DNA of 64,000 nucleotides from Vicugna vicugna. Lineage: Eukaryota. The stretch spans positions 2,606,001 to 2,670,000 of the forward strand of contig MU058009.1 of NCBI GenBank assembly GCA_013265495.1, read 5' to 3'. The notes beneath the pieces were generated by a model. The model made no database searches and was not told where the DNA came from. It was given only the letters and a program-made list of their open reading frames with translations. Positions 61,458-64,000 of the stretch are shown piece by piece (positions within the stretch are counted from its first letter, which is position 1; each line of letters opens with the position of its first letter). Made by a program: the position numbers and the translations under genes.

Positions 61458-64000
61458 GTACACCGGGCAGCGCAGGAACTGCCGCGGGAGAGCGTGTCTG
61501 GTGGGAAGGGACTGCTGTGACTGATGGCTGGACAGCACTGGCAGTGGTGTTTCTTGTTGTTTGTTCTTAGAAACTAAGAGTTTTGATTTCCAAAGATACT
61601 AGGTACAAGAGTTGGTTTTTGCAAAGGTACTATTATAAAAATGTCTTTTCCATACTTTTTAACGTTAAATACATTCTACTTACATCGTTTCTGTAAGTCC
61701 AGGAATGCATCCTATTGGAGAGGTAAGTCAGTTTCTGAGTCATTTCTGTATCAGTTTATTTCTGATTAAGGGAGGGTACCGCCAGAATTTGTATTTGAAA
61801 TCTCCTTCTAGGTGGATTGATCAAGCACATCTTAAAAACTGGTCTCTTTTGTTTTGTACAGTTTTTGTTTAGAGGCTTTGACGTCCCTGGTTTGTCCCAC
61901 GCTGTGGCCAGCTGGCCTTTGCAGTCGTCTGCAGAGGTTTGCTTCTGGACCTACTTTCTCGTTTCTGTATTGTCCACATATTAACCTGTTTTACTCTCTT
62001 GTACTCAGAGAATGTGAACTTGCCCGCAAGACTGCTGGCTTCCTTTGAAATAGTTCGGCCTACGAGTTTTCCTAGAGAGCTGTGTGACGACGTAACTGCT
62101 CCTACTCTGTTTCCTACCCTGTTTTAACGCAGTGCTGAGCTGGTTGTGGGGACCCGGTGTGCACAGGCTGGGGACCCACAACCCCTCCTGCCTGCTGTTG
62201 CTCGCGCGGTGTGATCGTGGGGGGACCCACCAGAGACCCCTGGGAGGGGTGCTGCTGAGGTCCTCCCGTCCTGTCTGCTGCCCGGCTCTGCTCCGGCATC
62301 TGACCGCGCACAGTCATGTAGGATTAATTACGTTAACTGTAGATGAAGAATCATCCTTAAACGTACAGAGTCCACAAAGGCAGCTGGGTGTTTGGAGAAT
62401 GAAAGGACTGAGGCCCCTCTAGAGTGTGAAGGGTGTGGGGGGTGGGGCATGGATCTGCAGACCCCCAGGGCTCTGTTGGGGGCCTGGAGCTGAGGCTCTG
62501 TTCTGAGCTGATGGAGTAGGAGAGGAGGAGGAAGGGCCAGCAGACCTTGCCGGAGTAGCTTCCAGGAAGCTTCGGGGTGAAGCCTGCATCCTGACCTGTT
62601 AGATTTGTTTAGGTCTACCCAGTTGAAAAAAAAAAAAAAAAGCAGTATTTTCTTCAATTTTTTGGTAGAAAATCTACACTGTGGTGTAGTATTTTATAGA
62701 AAAGGCCTGTTTTGTGTGGTGAAAGTAGAAGGTGCGATCAGTGTGTTGAATTAACATGTGAGCCAGGGCCAAGGTGCCACTGGAGTGACCTGGGGGGCAG
62801 GACCCGCGCTTCTTAGAACATCTCTGCTGTGTGGTGTTCAAGGCCCTTAATTCTGGGGAAGCTCGGCTTCTGGGTAACATCAGCCTTTTGCCTGTTCCCT
62901 GTGCTGTTGTAGAAGACCCTGGATGTGCTCAGCCCCTTACAACGTGTGCGCGTCCGACCTGGGGACGAGCGATGTGGGGCGGCAGCCCCGGGGCCCCTCC
63001 GAGGACCCTGGCGCCCGGCCCTCCGCCGGGTGGGCTTGTCCTCCGGGTGTGGGACCGCCCTCTCCCGGCTCCGTGATCCGCCTGACGTGTGGCGGGTCAG
63101 CACGTGCTGGGTCTCGGGAGTACGTGGTTTGGTTTCCATTGCATTTCCATTTTTTCTCTGAGGCAGTCACTCTGGTGCTTTGCCATCACTTTACGTGATT
63201 AAAACAATGGCAAATGCAAAATTAAATTGCTTTCATCCTCCCTTGTAAAGGTCAGCGAGACATCCATCTACAATGAAAGGATCTTTCCCTTGAACTTTTT
63301 TTTTCATTTCGACCCTTCATGTTAATGGCTTCGAGCCCACATGATTAATCCGTGGGCTCAGTGCGCCCTCTTCAGAAAGGGGCCGGTGGCTGCAGGTGTG
63401 ACCAGGCAGGGCGGCCTTCCTGAGTAGCTTGTGTGACCTGCAGCCACTTCCTTACTGCGCACTGGGGTGGATGTGGCCCAGAGCGCCCCTCAGTTCCACC
63501 CTGGAAAGCTTAAAAGTCAATGACCACTTTTAATGGCTTTTTTTTTTTTTCTGGGACAACCAACCTTGGAACTTCTGCAGTCAGAAAAGGCAGTGAGCTT
63601 TGGCAGACAGGATGGTAGATAAATCTTCCTTTATCACTCCTTAAAATCGGGTTCATTTATCCTCAGCAGTGTTGAAAGAGTGGCTGATTTAATTAAACAG
63701 GAATAAACTAGTTCTGATGCTCACTGTGATGATCACTTTAGGCCGTTACTTCACTGAGCAAAAGCCCTGCCCCCAGATCACTCTCCTCACCTCACCTAGT
63801 CTGACCAGTGGTTTTAAAAAAAAAAAAAAAAAGACCAACTCTTTTCTTCTTTCACTCAGGAAAAACCTGCTTGCGTGTCTGGCGTGGTACAGATTTGGAT
63901 TCTTCTTTTACAGGACAGTTAGCAAGTGCCTCATGTGAACCAGATCAATAACTGGCCAGTGAAAGTTGTGACATTTTCCCTGAACTGGGAGCATTCTCTG

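Noticed and set aside
63718..63760. GTGATGA...CTGA with a tgctca/tgagca terminal stem, resembling a C/D box snoRNA
   Set aside because: Only about 43 nt, too short for a canonical C/D snoRNA, and no recognisable guide; likely chance.
61458..64000. Search for APLP2 exon 12 and later exons
   Set aside because: No matching coding sequence found; they presumably lie beyond the window, so this is not evidence of truncation.

Overview
Mammalian genomic DNA, probably a camelid, judged from several tRNA-Ala(AGC)-derived Vic-1-type SINEs. The window holds the CpG-island promoter and coding exons 1-11 of APLP2 (amyloid beta precursor-like protein 2) on the + strand. The ATG is at 15518, intron 1 is about 28.7 kb, and the gene runs past the right edge. 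All 11 exons have GT-AG boundaries and join in one open frame: signal peptide, E1 (growth-factor-like and copper-binding), acidic region, Kunitz (KPI) exon, and part of E2. The rest is intergenic or intronic sequence with L1, L2/MIR, MaLR LTR, DNA-transposon relics, microsatellites and two N gaps. The most unusual observation is in the first 6 kb: decayed, exon-like segments whose translations resemble successive protein-tyrosine-phosphatase motifs, split across both strands. This suggests an unannotated, rearranged unprocessed pseudogene, but it rests on eyeballed similarity only. Other leads are a candidate in-frame alternative exon beside a UG repeat in intron 1, an intragenic CpG patch built on old repeats, and a phased EGR-like motif array in the promoter. 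There are no prokaryotic-type systems. Repeat family names and boundaries are approximate, recognised by eye.
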